DNA of 58,243 nucleotides from an uncultured Gammaproteobacteria bacterium (GTDB lineage Bacteria > Patescibacteriota > Microgenomatia > UBA8517). Every line of letters starts with the position of its first letter. Within the stretch, counting starts at the first letter, position 1. The stretch lies in assembly GCA_964600575.1 (NCBI GenBank), contig CAZRJH010000006.1, positions 1 to 58,243 on the forward strand, read 5' to 3'. Positions 8,201-18,166 of this stretch are shown in pieces. Both the position numbers and the translations under genes were made by a program. The notes beneath the pieces are model-generated. The model did no database searches, was not told where the DNA came from, and was given only the letters and a program-made list of their open reading frames with translations.

Positions 8201-9070
8201 ATGCCAGAACTTCCGGAAGTCGAAACAATAACTCTTCAGTTAGCAAAATATGTAACGGGTCATAAGATAGAAACAGTAGAAGTAAAAAACAGAAAAACAT
8301 TCTCCGCGGACGAAAAATTAATCGAAGGATCCAAAGTTTCCGGGACAAGAAGATTTGGAAAAGTTACTGTTATCGATTTGGATAACGGATACTCAATTCT
8401 TACTCATGTAAAACTTACCGGCCAGTTTATATATAGAGGGCCAAATTTATCAAATCCTAAAGATTTATCAAAAAAAGTAGTCGGAGGGGTACCCGGCCCG
8501 CACACCCTAGTTATTTTTAATCTTGATAGAGGCGGTAAACTTTTCTATAACGACATAAGAAGGTTTGGTTGGATAAGAGTGGTAAAAACAGCCGAAATAC
8601 TGGAGGAATCTTTTATTAAAAAACTTGGACCGGAACCTTTCGGCAAGGCACAAGGTAAACCGGAAGAACTCACTCTGGAAAAATTTGAGTTAATACTTTT
8701 CAAAACAACTCGTCCGATAAAGGTTGTAATCATGGACCAAGAGAAAATGGGAGGAGTGGGAAATATCTATGCAAACGATGCTTTGTGGCTAAGCGGAATT
8801 AACCCTAAGGCTAAATCCAATACTTTAACCAAAGAAAAAGTAAAGGAATTGTATGAAGCAATACTTTTTGTTTTAAAAGAAGGAATCAAGTGGGGTGGTG
8901 CATCGGAACTTGCTTTTGTAACACCCGACGGCACAGAAGGTAACTACCAAGGACACACTCTTGCTTACTCCCACGAAGGACAGCCTTGTGAAAGATGCCA
9001 TAAGGCTAAGTTCGAAAAATACTTTTTAGGGGGACGGGGTACATATTGGTGTCCTCAATGCCAAGCTTAA
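8201..9070 (+). CDS. mutM: Formamidopyrimidine-DNA glycosylase (Fpg/MutM)
   Basis: N-terminal MPELPEVE, H2TH region, and a C-terminal zinc finger CERC...CPQC. Confidence 0.9.
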   Translation: MPELPEVETITLQLAKYVTGHKIETVEVKNRKTFSADEKLIEGSKVSGTRRFGKVTVIDLDNGYSILTHVKLTGQFIYRGPNLSNPKDLSKKVVGGVPGPHTLVIFNLDRGGKLFYNDIRRFGWIRVVKTAEILEESFIKKLGPEPFGKAQGKPEELTLEKFELILFKTTRPIKVVIMDQEKMGGVGNIYANDALWLSGINPKAKSNTLTKEKVKELYEAILFVLKEGIKWGGASELAFVTPDGTEGNYQGHTLAYSHEGQPCERCHKAKFEKYFLGGRGTYWCPQCQA

Positions 9071-9072
9071 AT

Positions 9073-9807
9073 ATGATTTCCTCTTCTTCACTGCCAATTC
9101 AAATAAAAAATTTTAAAAGTTATGTTTTGGGTGATAAAAAGTTCTCCGTGAATTTGGAGGGAGATAAATTCTTTGTTCGTCCAAGATCCTACGACCTCTA
9201 TGTTTTGGGTGAAACATACAAAGAAAAAGTATATATGCCTGATTCCGCGCTTAAAATTAATAATGTTGTCGATTTGGGAGCGTTTATTGGGGACTTTTCG
9301 GTGTGGTCGGTAACTCATTTGGGAGCCAGAAAAGTTATTGCTGTTGAAATGGATACATCCAACTTTGAAATACTTAAAAGCAATATTAGCGTAAACAAGC
9401 TTGACGCAAAAGTTATACCCCTCCGTGCGGCTTTGGCGGCAGATAATAAAGGAGTAGCTATTCAACTTAATTCCTTTAATAGCGGTATGCATAGGGTGGC
9501 AGAAACCGGAACGATTAAGGTAAAGTCTTTAACATTAGAGGGAATACTAAATGCAGGAAATATAAAGACAGTTGACTTACTTAAGGCGGATATTGAAGGT
9601 GCGGAGAGGTATATGTTTATAGAAGTAAATAAACCAATATTTAAAACAAAAGTCGGGTGCATTATTATGGAAACTCACCCTACATACTTTTCCGAAAAAA
9701 AGATTACAAATTATCTTGAAAAGTTAGAGTACAAGGTCGTCTTGAGTAGACAACCTTTTAGAAGGGGAGGAATATTAAGAGCGGTAAACAGGAACTTTCT
9801 TGTTTAA
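9073..9807 (+). CDS. FkbM-family SAM-dependent methyltransferase
   Basis: VVDLGAFIGDFS (SAM motif I) and DLLKADIEGAE (FkbM signature). ATG 9073 lies just after the mutM stop and is in frame with track ORF 9046. Confidence 0.75.
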   Translation: MISSSSLPIQIKNFKSYVLGDKKFSVNLEGDKFFVRPRSYDLYVLGETYKEKVYMPDSALKINNVVDLGAFIGDFSVWSVTHLGARKVIAVEMDTSNFEILKSNISVNKLDAKVIPLRAALAADNKGVAIQLNSFNSGMHRVAETGTIKVKSLTLEGILNAGNIKTVDLLKADIEGAERYMFIEVNKPIFKTKVGCIIMETHPTYFSEKKITNYLEKLEYKVVLSRQPFRRGGILRAVNRNFLV

Positions 9808-9816
9808 AGTAACTAT

Positions 9817-10407
9817 ATGAATAATTCTACCGAAATATTTAGTCTGCTTTATACCTACGGCTACCATGTTTTATTTCCTCTGGTCTTATTAGAAGGTCCG
9901 ATTGCTACCATTGCAGGAGGTTTCTTGGTAGCAGGCGGATATATGAACTTTTACATGGCCTATTTAGTAGTAATAGTTGCCGATCTGGCGGGTGACATAA
10001 TTTATTATTGGATTGGCAGATCCTTTCTAAATACGGTAGGTTTAAAACTATTGTCTTTTGTGGGTATAGATTCCAAAAACATTGAACACGCCAAAAAGGC
10101 TATGAATTACCACAAAGGAAAAATTTTGTTTTTTGGAAAATTATCTCACGCAATAGGCGGGCCAATATTGATAGCGGCAGGTGCTTTAAAAGTTCCCATA
10201 AAAGACTTTGTTCTTTTTAATTTTTTGGCAACTATACCTAAATCCTTAACATTTTTGATGGTAGGTTACCTTTTTGGAGACACCATCGGCAGGTGGGGTA
10301 AATATATAAAACTCACCTCGATAGGTTTGGCTCTGTTTACAGTTATAGTTGTTGTTATATACTTGCAGTTATACAAAAAAGCCAAACGTTTATTCGATAA
10401 TTTGTAG
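9817..10407 (+). CDS. DedA/VTT-domain membrane protein
   Basis: FPLVLLEGPIATIAGGFLVAGG...VADLAGDIIYYWIGR, typical of the DedA family. Confidence 0.8.
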   Translation: MNNSTEIFSLLYTYGYHVLFPLVLLEGPIATIAGGFLVAGGYMNFYMAYLVVIVADLAGDIIYYWIGRSFLNTVGLKLLSFVGIDSKNIEHAKKAMNYHKGKILFFGKLSHAIGGPILIAAGALKVPIKDFVLFNFLATIPKSLTFLMVGYLFGDTIGRWGKYIKLTSIGLALFTVIVVVIYLQLYKKAKRLFDNL

Positions 10408-10438
10408 TTTTTAAAATTCTGCCTCCCGGTCGCGAATT

Positions 10439-11740
10439 ATGAAAATATTATTTTCAAGTGATACCTTTTTACCAAGCACTAACGGAACGGCCTATTTTTT
10501 ATACCAATTCGCCGGGGAGCTGAAACGGCGCGGTCATGATGTTTATGTTATTGCCCCTTCCAAGTCTTCAAGAATCGAATCTTACACACTTGATAACGGA
10601 ATTAATGTCTATGGAATCCCTTCTTTAAAAGTATATTTTTACCCTGATATGAGATACCCTGTCCCAATCGGGTTAGAGCTTTTTATTCAGAGATATCTCA
10701 AAAAGGTTAGGCCTGATGTTGTGCATATCCAACACCACTTTTTTATAGGAAAGGCCACCTTCAATGTTGCCCAAAGATACGGCATACCTACACTTGGAAC
10801 AAATCATTTTATGCCCGACAATATTCTTGCCGTTTTGAAACTGCCGCAATCGATAAGAAAAAGAATCTACCCGTTGGCGTGGAAACAAATGATTGATATG
10901 TATAAACAAATTGACGCGGTAACTACACCAACCGAAATAGGCGCTAAAGTTTTAAAACAGGTTGGGTTTCCTAAAAAAGTAACTCCGATATCCAACGGCA
11001 TTAATTTGGAGCGTTTTAATCCAAAAAAACCCTCCGCTGAAATTTATAAGCGTTATAAAATTCCCCAAGGTAAGAAAATTGTTCTTTTTGTAGGAAGAAT
11101 AGATGCGGAAAAAAGAATACATGTGTTGGTAGAAGCAATGTCGGGGGTTGTTAAGCTTGGAAATGCACATTTGGTTTTGGCGGGTAAAGGAATGGTTAGG
11201 GAGAGGCTGGAAGAACAGGTGTCTGAGCTTGGCATAAAAAAGAATGTTACATTCACAGGTTATGTAAAGGATGCAGATCTCCCTGATATTTATCGTACTG
11301 CTAGCCTTTTTGTTATGCCAGGAGACGCCGAACTTCAAAGTATTGCTACACTTGAGGCTTTGGCCACGGGACTACCTGTGATTGCCGCCAATGCGGTTGC
11401 ACTTCCTCTCCTTGTGGAAAACGGTAAGAACGGATATTTGTTTAAACCCGGAAGCGTAGCTGAACTTTCCAGCCTTATATCGAAGGTTGTTTATACCGAC
11501 GGTCTTATCGAAAAAATGGGCAAGGAGTCTCTAAAGGTAGCCAAGAAACATGACATAAAACTTATTACAAACAAGTTCGAAGAATTGTATAAAGACGTTT
11601 CCAAAAAGCGAAAGGTTGTAAACTGGGACAAGTCGTTTACGAGTGAATACTCCATAAGTGCCATCAAAAAAAGAATAACAAACTCGGCTCTTGTAAAGAA
11701 AATAGAAGACTTGGATAATAGAATTAAGTCTTTGATTTAA
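10439..11740 (+). CDS. Glycosyltransferase, GT4 (GT-B) family
   Basis: N-terminal Glyco_trans_4-like region plus FVMPGDAELQSIATLEALATGLPVIAANAVALPLLVENGKNG. Confidence 0.85.
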   Translation: MKILFSSDTFLPSTNGTAYFLYQFAGELKRRGHDVYVIAPSKSSRIESYTLDNGINVYGIPSLKVYFYPDMRYPVPIGLELFIQRYLKKVRPDVVHIQHHFFIGKATFNVAQRYGIPTLGTNHFMPDNILAVLKLPQSIRKRIYPLAWKQMIDMYKQIDAVTTPTEIGAKVLKQVGFPKKVTPISNGINLERFNPKKPSAEIYKRYKIPQGKKIVLFVGRIDAEKRIHVLVEAMSGVVKLGNAHLVLAGKGMVRERLEEQVSELGIKKNVTFTGYVKDADLPDIYRTASLFVMPGDAELQSIATLEALATGLPVIAANAVALPLLVENGKNGYLFKPGSVAELSSLISKVVYTDGLIEKMGKESLKVAKKHDIKLITNKFEELYKDVSKKRKVVNWDKSFTSEYSISAIKKRITNSALVKKIEDLDNRIKSLI

Positions 11741-11775
11741 ACTTCATTTTTTAGGATTTTTAAACAAGGCGCCCG

Positions 11776-12237
11776 ATGTCAACCAAAAAACACCGAGAAC
11801 CTATTTTTAAACCCGTACATTTTCAGGCCGCACTCTTCCTCTTTGTTTATTTTGGATTATCGAGTCTTATATTTTCCTGGTTTGTGTCTATGGGTGCGGG
11901 GCATATGATATTCACAGGACCGTTTTTGTACGGATTGGTTACCACATTTGTCTTTTTGTATCTTTTTACGCATGAAGATTTTTTTAAGTTTCTTAAACAA
12001 ATAGAAAAAACGGAGAAGAAAAAAGAGGATAAATATCTAAACAAATATCTAAAATACGGAAAATATGCTGCCTGTCTTGTGATCGGTCAGGTTGGGGGAT
12101 CAATCTTCTTGGCTCTTACTATACGTTTAATGTTTGCAAAATCTAAGAATAAATATTGGATAGCTTTTGTTTGCGTGCTCATAAACACAATTATTGCCGT
12201 TGCCTTAGCAAAAGGACTTCTATCTGTCTTTATTTAA
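11776..12237 (+). CDS. Small polytopic membrane protein (paralogue of 7069-7545)
   Basis: See 7069-7545. It has the same position relative to a GT4 gene. Confidence 0.6.
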   Translation: MSTKKHREPIFKPVHFQAALFLFVYFGLSSLIFSWFVSMGAGHMIFTGPFLYGLVTTFVFLYLFTHEDFFKFLKQIEKTEKKKEDKYLNKYLKYGKYAACLVIGQVGGSIFLALTIRLMFAKSKNKYWIAFVCVLINTIIAVALAKGLLSVFI

Positions 12238-12279
12238 AGTGGACAGGCTGACATAGCTACACTATGGTAATATAATTTC

Positions 12280-13875
12280 GTGCTTAATTTAAAAGATTTG
12301 TCTGATTTTGTGGAATCATCGAGATATGGTATTTTTACCGACAAAGGTTTTTTGGAGTCTCAAACAGGAATTGAGATAGAGAGAATAAAGGGCAACGAAA
12401 AAGGCGGTTTTTATTTACAAACCAGGATAAAAAATGTTTCTACAAATAGTATTAATATAAATTCAATTTTAGTTGCCGAATTTTTGCTTCACGAAGATTT
12501 ACATTACGGGAAAATATTGGAACACGGGTGGCTTCAATGTAGCGAAGTGGGTTACCGCAATCTGGGGGATGTAACCCGTATGTTGAAAGTCTTTTTGCAG
12601 AGAGATCAAAATCCAAACTCTTTTAAGCCGGAGTACGGGTATGTTGAGGAATCTATAGTCAGCGAATGGTTTACAACTTTAGACATAGATTCCAAGACTC
12701 TTCTTATTGGCGCCGTGACAACGGGCAATCAATTTTCCACAATTTATATTAAAGATAAAAACGGAGAAGCCGGAATAAGGGTTATTACACACTTGGACGG
12801 ATTGGCAATTAAACCCGGAATGGTTGTTGTAAGCGAAAAAATATTTTTTGCTTTGGACGAAGACTCGGTAGTCAAAAAAGACTTTGCTGATTCTTTGGCT
12901 AAAAATATGAAAGTTAAAAAAGTCGAACCGGTAGCCCGCGGGATGTGTAATTCTTACTACTGGAACGGAAACAAGATTGATGAAAATTTGATTAACGAAG
13001 AATTGGACGCTTTAGAGGATTTACCAGGCGGATTAAATTTAGACTACTTCCAGCTTGACGCGGGTTATACCGATTTCTTCGGCGACTGGTTGGACTATAA
13101 AAAAAGATTTCCTAACGGATTCGGAGGAATTGTTAAAAGAATTGAGTCTTTGGGATACAAGCCCGGAATTTGGCTTTCTCCCTTTGCAATTAATCCCGCA
13201 ACAAAACTTCACGATCATCATCCTTCTTGGCTATTAAAAGGCGAGCACAAGCCTCATTTTGAAGGCAGGATGACAAGCCCATTTGATAATTTGATGAATG
13301 TTTTGGATTTGGAAGTCATGGATCCTACTAAAAAAGAGGTGCAAGATTATCTTGCGAAAGTATTTACACATTTTAAAGACTTGGGTTTTAGGCTTTTTAA
13401 GATTGATTTTATGTATCCCGTTTGTTTGGCTTCAAACTTTGCCAAACCTGTTACCAGAGCTCAAGCGTTGAGAATTGGAGTAGAACATATCAAAAATGTT
13501 TTGGGAAGCGAATGTACCGTATTAACCGGGATTACTCAGATAGCACCCGTTGTTGGTTTGGCCGATTTTGTTAGGACGGGTATTGATACTCTGAACCCCT
13601 TTGTTTGTGGAATTCCAGGTATTTCTACAGTGGTTAATGAATTTATGTTGGAGAAAAACATCGAAGAAACAAAAGCCAGGCTTTTTTTGAATGGCAAAGT
13701 TTGGAGGGGAGACCCTGATGTGTTGGTTTTTAGACAAGGGACAGGGCTTAATCCCGAGACTATTCAGAAGCATAAAAAACTGGTCAAGGATAATAATCTG
13801 TCATTATGGGTGGGAGATAGTGTTGCAAGAATGGATGTTAATACTCAAAAAGATCTAGTACAATTCTTCCGCTGA
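12280..13875 (+). CDS. Glycoside hydrolase, alpha-galactosidase-like (GH36/clan D-like)
   Basis: LDYFQLDAGYTDFFGDWLDYKKRFPNGFGGIVKRIESLGYKPGIWLSPFAI and LFKIDFMY resemble the GH36 catalytic (beta/alpha)8 core. GTG start. Confidence 0.55.
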   Translation: MLNLKDLSDFVESSRYGIFTDKGFLESQTGIEIERIKGNEKGGFYLQTRIKNVSTNSININSILVAEFLLHEDLHYGKILEHGWLQCSEVGYRNLGDVTRMLKVFLQRDQNPNSFKPEYGYVEESIVSEWFTTLDIDSKTLLIGAVTTGNQFSTIYIKDKNGEAGIRVITHLDGLAIKPGMVVVSEKIFFALDEDSVVKKDFADSLAKNMKVKKVEPVARGMCNSYYWNGNKIDENLINEELDALEDLPGGLNLDYFQLDAGYTDFFGDWLDYKKRFPNGFGGIVKRIESLGYKPGIWLSPFAINPATKLHDHHPSWLLKGEHKPHFEGRMTSPFDNLMNVLDLEVMDPTKKEVQDYLAKVFTHFKDLGFRLFKIDFMYPVCLASNFAKPVTRAQALRIGVEHIKNVLGSECTVLTGITQIAPVVGLADFVRTGIDTLNPFVCGIPGISTVVNEFMLEKNIEETKARLFLNGKVWRGDPDVLVFRQGTGLNPETIQKHKKLVKDNNLSLWVGDSVARMDVNTQKDLVQFFR

Positions 13876-14921
13876 TGATCAACAAGGTTAAGATAGACAA
13901 TTTTAGAAACATTGACTCCAAACTCTTTGAATTCTCCGATGGGATTACGGTTTTTTACGGCCATAATGCCGCAGGTAAAACTAATATTTTGGAAGCTTTG
14001 TATCTTCTTTCTTCAGGAAAAAGCTTTAAAGCTAAAGTAGAAGAAGAAATGATTAACTACAACAAAGACATCTCCAGAATGAAGGCTAAATTTGCAGGTG
14101 ATTCGGTTTTGGAAATTATGTTAACGAGAGGTCTGGTTGACATAGGAGGAGGGCATTTGGAAAGAGTGGCCAAAAAGAAGCTTTTGTTAAACGGTGTCGC
14201 CAAAAGACTTGTAGATTTTGCGGGGAATTTTAAAGTTGTACTTTTTGGACCTTGGGATATGGATCTGGTAACGGAATCGCCATCTATTAGACGCAAATTT
14301 TTAGATATGGTGTTAAGCCAAGTTGATAGGGAATACAGAAGATGTATTTTGTCCTACGAAAAAGGCTTAAGGCAAAGAAACAGGCTTCTTTTAAAAATAA
14401 GAGAAGAAGGGTTGTCACGCTCTCAGCTTTTATTTTGGAACCAACTTTTAATTAAAAACGGCGATTATATAAACAAAAAGCGAATGGAATTTATTGAATT
14501 CGTAAATGTTGAGCCATCTCTTAATGAACAAAAACTAAAACTCTTGTACGACAGTTCGGTTATCTCGGAAGGGCGGCTGGAAAAATATAAAGAAGAAGAA
14601 GTGGCGGCCGGTACTACTTTGGTGGGTCCACATAGAGACGACTTTGTTTTTTTCGACGGTGAGAGAAATCTAGCTTCGTACGGTAGTCGCGGGGAACAGA
14701 GAATGGGGGTTTTGTGGTTAAAGATATCCGAACTTGATTTTATAGAGTCTCAAACAGGGGAGCGGCCGACGCTTCTTTTGGACGATATATTTTCGGAGCT
14801 TGACCACGAGCACAGACGCGATGTTTTTGAGTTAGCCAAAAAGCAGCAGACTATTATAACCACAGCGGATGAACATTTTATTGACGCTGAGACAAAAGTG
14901 GAAAAAATAAGTCTTAAGTAA
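13875..14921 (+). CDS. recF: DNA replication and repair protein RecF
   Basis: IDNFRN...FYGHNAAGKTNILEAL (Walker A), and signature/Walker B region LLLDDIFSELD. Confidence 0.9.
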   Translation: MINKVKIDNFRNIDSKLFEFSDGITVFYGHNAAGKTNILEALYLLSSGKSFKAKVEEEMINYNKDISRMKAKFAGDSVLEIMLTRGLVDIGGGHLERVAKKKLLLNGVAKRLVDFAGNFKVVLFGPWDMDLVTESPSIRRKFLDMVLSQVDREYRRCILSYEKGLRQRNRLLLKIREEGLSRSQLLFWNQLLIKNGDYINKKRMEFIEFVNVEPSLNEQKLKLLYDSSVISEGRLEKYKEEEVAAGTTLVGPHRDDFVFFDGERNLASYGSRGEQRMGVLWLKISELDFIESQTGERPTLLLDDIFSELDHEHRRDVFELAKKQQTIITTADEHFIDAETKVEKISLK

Positions 14922-14927
14922 TATTAT

Positions 14928-15215
14928 TTGGGAATGACCGAAAAAAGTAGCGAGCAAAAAAGTTTTGAAATCAGGCTGAGAAGTGCAATAGCTCCTGTTC
15001 AGGATAAATATCAGGAGTTTTTAGCCGAAGCCAGAAAAGAAGGCGAGAGTGGCGGCGGAGGGCTATATTTTGTTCCATATAGCGAGCGCGAAATCCTTTT
15101 GAAACAAGCAGAGACGAGTGTTTTTAATAGAGTTGATGTCAGGAAGATGAGAAGGGCATGGGAAAAGGCAGGCGGGGACGAGAATCCTCCAATTGGGGGG
15201 GCACAAAACGATTAG
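14928..15215 (+). CDS. Hypothetical protein (95 aa; alternative ATG at 14934)
   Basis: ORF only. Its stop overlaps the stop of the convergent gene 15212-15640. Confidence 0.35.
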   Translation: MGMTEKSSEQKSFEIRLRSAIAPVQDKYQEFLAEARKEGESGGGGLYFVPYSEREILLKQAETSVFNRVDVRKMRRAWEKAGGDENPPIGGAQND

Positions 15216-15640
15216 TCGAATATATACCAAAGCTCACCTTCGTATCTGTGAGTGTGTTTTGAGTTGGGACCGTTATCTGTCACTCTTTTTGTTTGATCCT
15301 TTCTGGCTCCGAGTTCTTTTGCAAGGTCATCAACTGTTCTAATAAACTCCGCGAGTTCTTTGCGGTATTCCGACCCCATGGTTACCCCCGCGATGTTCAT
15401 ATAGCTGGATTCAATTTCTTTCTCGTGGTCTCTTGTCCATTCCGCTTTCAAAAATTCCGGGTATTCGCGTCTTATAAAATCTATATAGGTAGGCCCTGTT
15501 TCCAACTCTTTTAAAGTTTTGTTTTGGGCTAGTGCGTAGACATTTGGATATATTCCAGCCAACCTTTCCACCTTTGATACAAATTGATTTGCTCTGGACT
15601 CAAAATCTGGAACTTTGCGCAAATCTTCTACCCTAAACAT
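15212..15640 (-). CDS. Hypothetical protein (142 aa)
   Basis: Intact ORF directly downstream of 15642-15941 on the - strand. No motif recognised. Confidence 0.45.
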   Translation of the reverse strand: MFRVEDLRKVPDFESRANQFVSKVERLAGIYPNVYALAQNKTLKELETGPTYIDFIRREYPEFLKAEWTRDHEKEIESSYMNIAGVTMGSEYRKELAEFIRTVDDLAKELGARKDQTKRVTDNGPNSKHTHRYEGELWYIFD

Positions 15641-15641
15641 T

Positions 15642-15941
15642 TTATTTATCCTTTTTAGTAAGAAGAGAGAGATTGTAGGTTACAAATACTGCTAGAACAG
15701 TAACTATTAAGGCGTAAATAAGTAAAGATATGACTCCGGATGCGCCTCCGACATACGGCTTTATATAGTCTGCCACAAGTGCCTTTATCAGCTCGTTCCA
15801 GGCAAGTGCTGCAACCAGTCCAAAACCGCTTGTGGAAAGTTTTAGCATTTGTCTAAACATTTCCTTACGAAAGTTAACCAAATGACTGTCTTTTTTTTCG
15901 GAGGTCTTTTTTGATGCGGCCGATTTTTTCTTTGTAGCCAT
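15642..15941 (-). CDS. Small membrane protein (Lys-rich N-terminus, two TM helices)
   Basis: MATKKKSAASKK... followed by GFGLVAALAWNELIKALV and ISLLIYALIVTVLAVFV. Confidence 0.5.
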   Translation of the reverse strand: MATKKKSAASKKTSEKKDSHLVNFRKEMFRQMLKLSTSGFGLVAALAWNELIKALVADYIKPYVGGASGVISLLIYALIVTVLAVFVTYNLSLLTKKDK

Positions 15942-15991
15942 ATTTAAGCTATAGTAACCAAATTTATCTTTCTTGAGTATAATACCAAAGT

Positions 15992-16831
15992 ATGGCCATT
16001 GAATCCAGCTTCGACCCGTCGGAAATAAAAAGACTTTTTAGACCCGAAGGGACTTCGCAAAACGGGCAAATAACAATTATCGGAGGGTCCACACTTTTCC
16101 ACGGAGCCCCGCTTTTTTCTTTGACAACAGCTTCCCGTATTAATGATATGGTTTTTTTCTCTTCACCCGAACCTTCTATGGGAGATATAGCAAAAGAACT
16201 CAAGTCTAAACTCTTCTCTTTTATTTGGGTTCCATGGGATGAAGTTGGGGATTATATAGAAAAGTCGGATGCGGTTTTGATTGGCCCCGGGTTTATGCGA
16301 TATAGGACAGAGAAAAACGAGAAAGAGAGCCCCGACGGGGAAGATGAAGCTTCTAATCTAACAAAAGAGATTACCAGAAATCTGTTGGCGAAATACCCCG
16401 ATAAAAAGTGGGTAATTGATGCCGGCAGTTTGCAGGTTTTGGAACCAAACTGGATTCCAAAAAATTCGATATTAACCCCCAATGCAAAGGAATATCAAAG
16501 GTTGTTTGGTGACATGGATCCAGAAACAGCCAGCAAGAAGTATGAATGCACAATTCTTTTGAAGGGGGTTACCGATAGGGTGTATTCAAAAGGTAGCATT
16601 TATTCGATAACAGGAGGCAATGCCGGCCTTTCTAAGGGAGGAACCGGAGACACTTTGGCGGGATTGGTGACTGCTCTCTATGCTAAGAATGAAGCTTTGC
16701 TTTCTGCTTCGGCTGCATCTTTTGTAATTAAGAAAACAGCAGAGGTGTTAAGCGAAAAAGTTGGAACTGTGTTTAACTCGGATGATTTATCAAATGTCGT
16801 ACCGGAGGTTTATGAAAAGCTTCGCCGATAG
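15992..16831 (+). CDS. ADP/ATP-dependent NAD(P)H-hydrate dehydratase (YjeF C-terminal / carbohydrate kinase family)
   Basis: GQITIIGGSTLFHGAP, LIGPG and GGNAGLSKGGTGDTLAG. Confidence 0.8.
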   Translation: MAIESSFDPSEIKRLFRPEGTSQNGQITIIGGSTLFHGAPLFSLTTASRINDMVFFSSPEPSMGDIAKELKSKLFSFIWVPWDEVGDYIEKSDAVLIGPGFMRYRTEKNEKESPDGEDEASNLTKEITRNLLAKYPDKKWVIDAGSLQVLEPNWIPKNSILTPNAKEYQRLFGDMDPETASKKYECTILLKGVTDRVYSKGSIYSITGGNAGLSKGGTGDTLAGLVTALYAKNEALLSASAASFVIKKTAEVLSEKVGTVFNSDDLSNVVPEVYEKLRR

Positions 16832-16880
16832 TCAGAAACTTCTTGTATTCTCCGCAAAATGTGCGTTAATATAGTTAAAT

Positions 16881-17945
16881 ATGTATGCCCCTAAATATTT
16901 AATCTCCAACAAAATACTTAAAAACATAGGTTCAATTGAAGCATCTAAGGAGGTAATAGAGAACGCCCCTTTGGTTCCTTCTTTTGAAAAGCAATTTCAA
17001 AGCGATGCGGCCTTGAGAACTATTCACCACGGTACACACATAGAGGGGAACGATTTAACTCTTTATCAGACTAAAAAGATCTTGGAAGGTGCAGAGGTTT
17101 ATGCCAGGGCCCGTGATATTCAGGAAATTGTTAACTATAGAAATGTGACGGTTCTATTGGATGAACTTGTTTCAAAAAGAGGAGGGTACGACATGGACAT
17201 GCTCAAAGATATTCATAGAGTTACTGTTGATAAAATTATTGTTCCTGAAAAGGTGGGGGTTCTTAGAAATACGGAAGTTGTTATAAAAGAAGAGGGAACT
17301 GGAAGAGTTATATTTTCACCGCCTCCAGCAATAGAAGTACCATATCTTCTGGAAGACTTCTTGGAGTGGTTAAACGATGCAACGGCACGCGAAATCCACC
17401 CCGTAATACGAGCAGGCATTGCACATTATATCTTGGTGGCAATTCATCCTTTTGTAGAGGGTAATGGTAGGACCGTTAGAGCATTTTCTTCGTTGGTTCT
17501 AATGCGAGAAGGATATGATATTAAAAAGTTCTTTTCTTTGGAGGAACATTTTGACGAAGATCCGGCGGCCTACTACGAGTCCTTATCCGAGGTTGACAGA
17601 CAGTCTCCTAATTTGGGCAGCCGCGAGATTACACCTTGGCTTGAGTATTTTACCGTTGTCGTTGCTGCTGAACTGGAAAAAATTAAAGATAAAGTGAGAA
17701 AACTATCCGTTGATAGCCGCCTTAAAGTTAAAATAGGCGAACAAGTTGCTCTTAACGAGAGACAGATGCGACTGATTGAATATGTTTCCGACCAAGGTTC
17801 GGGAGGAATGGCAGAACTCAAACGTGTTTTGCCTATGGTTTCGGAAGATACGATATTGCGGGAACTGCGGGACCTTTTGGGAAAGGGTATACTAAAAAAG
17901 CAGGGAAGCACAAAGGCATCTAAGTATGTTCTAGCCAATAAATAA
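16881..17945 (+). CDS. Fic-family protein (AMPylase-type) with Fic_N-like N-terminus and a probable C-terminal wHTH
   Basis: Canonical Fic motif HPFVEGNGRTVRA. The N-terminal GTHIEGN resembles the Fic_N/inhibitory helix region. Confidence 0.85.
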   Translation: MYAPKYLISNKILKNIGSIEASKEVIENAPLVPSFEKQFQSDAALRTIHHGTHIEGNDLTLYQTKKILEGAEVYARARDIQEIVNYRNVTVLLDELVSKRGGYDMDMLKDIHRVTVDKIIVPEKVGVLRNTEVVIKEEGTGRVIFSPPPAIEVPYLLEDFLEWLNDATAREIHPVIRAGIAHYILVAIHPFVEGNGRTVRAFSSLVLMREGYDIKKFFSLEEHFDEDPAAYYESLSEVDRQSPNLGSREITPWLEYFTVVVAAELEKIKDKVRKLSVDSRLKVKIGEQVALNERQMRLIEYVSDQGSGGMAELKRVLPMVSEDTILRELRDLLGKGILKKQGSTKASKYVLANK

Positions 17946-18155
17946 ATGAGCACAACTGACCCACAATTTCTGTATATGATTTTGGTTTTGCCTTCACTTT
18001 TTGGCCTTACTCTTTTGGGAGAAGGATTAAATAAGATTGCTCATGAGGAATGGAACGGGATTTTGTCGGTTATATTCGGACTTATGTTTATCGGTTCAGT
18101 GATATTTGCTTACTTTTTCTTCTCATCTTACCTGGCCACACACAAGACTATATAG
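17946..18155 (+). CDS. Small two-TM membrane protein (69 aa)
   Basis: The ATG abuts the fic stop. Two hydrophobic helices. Confidence 0.4.
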   Translation: MSTTDPQFLYMILVLPSLFGLTLLGEGLNKIAHEEWNGILSVIFGLMFIGSVIFAYFFFSSYLATHKTI

Positions 18156-18166
18156 TATTATTGCTT

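Noticed and set aside
18050-18166. N-terminal extension of the DNA ligase ORF as given in the ORF track
   Set aside because: The extension overlaps the 69-aa membrane ORF in another frame and adds a hydrophobic, non-ligase sequence. ATG 18167 (MNFEEFAGFL) fits the usual ligase N-terminus.
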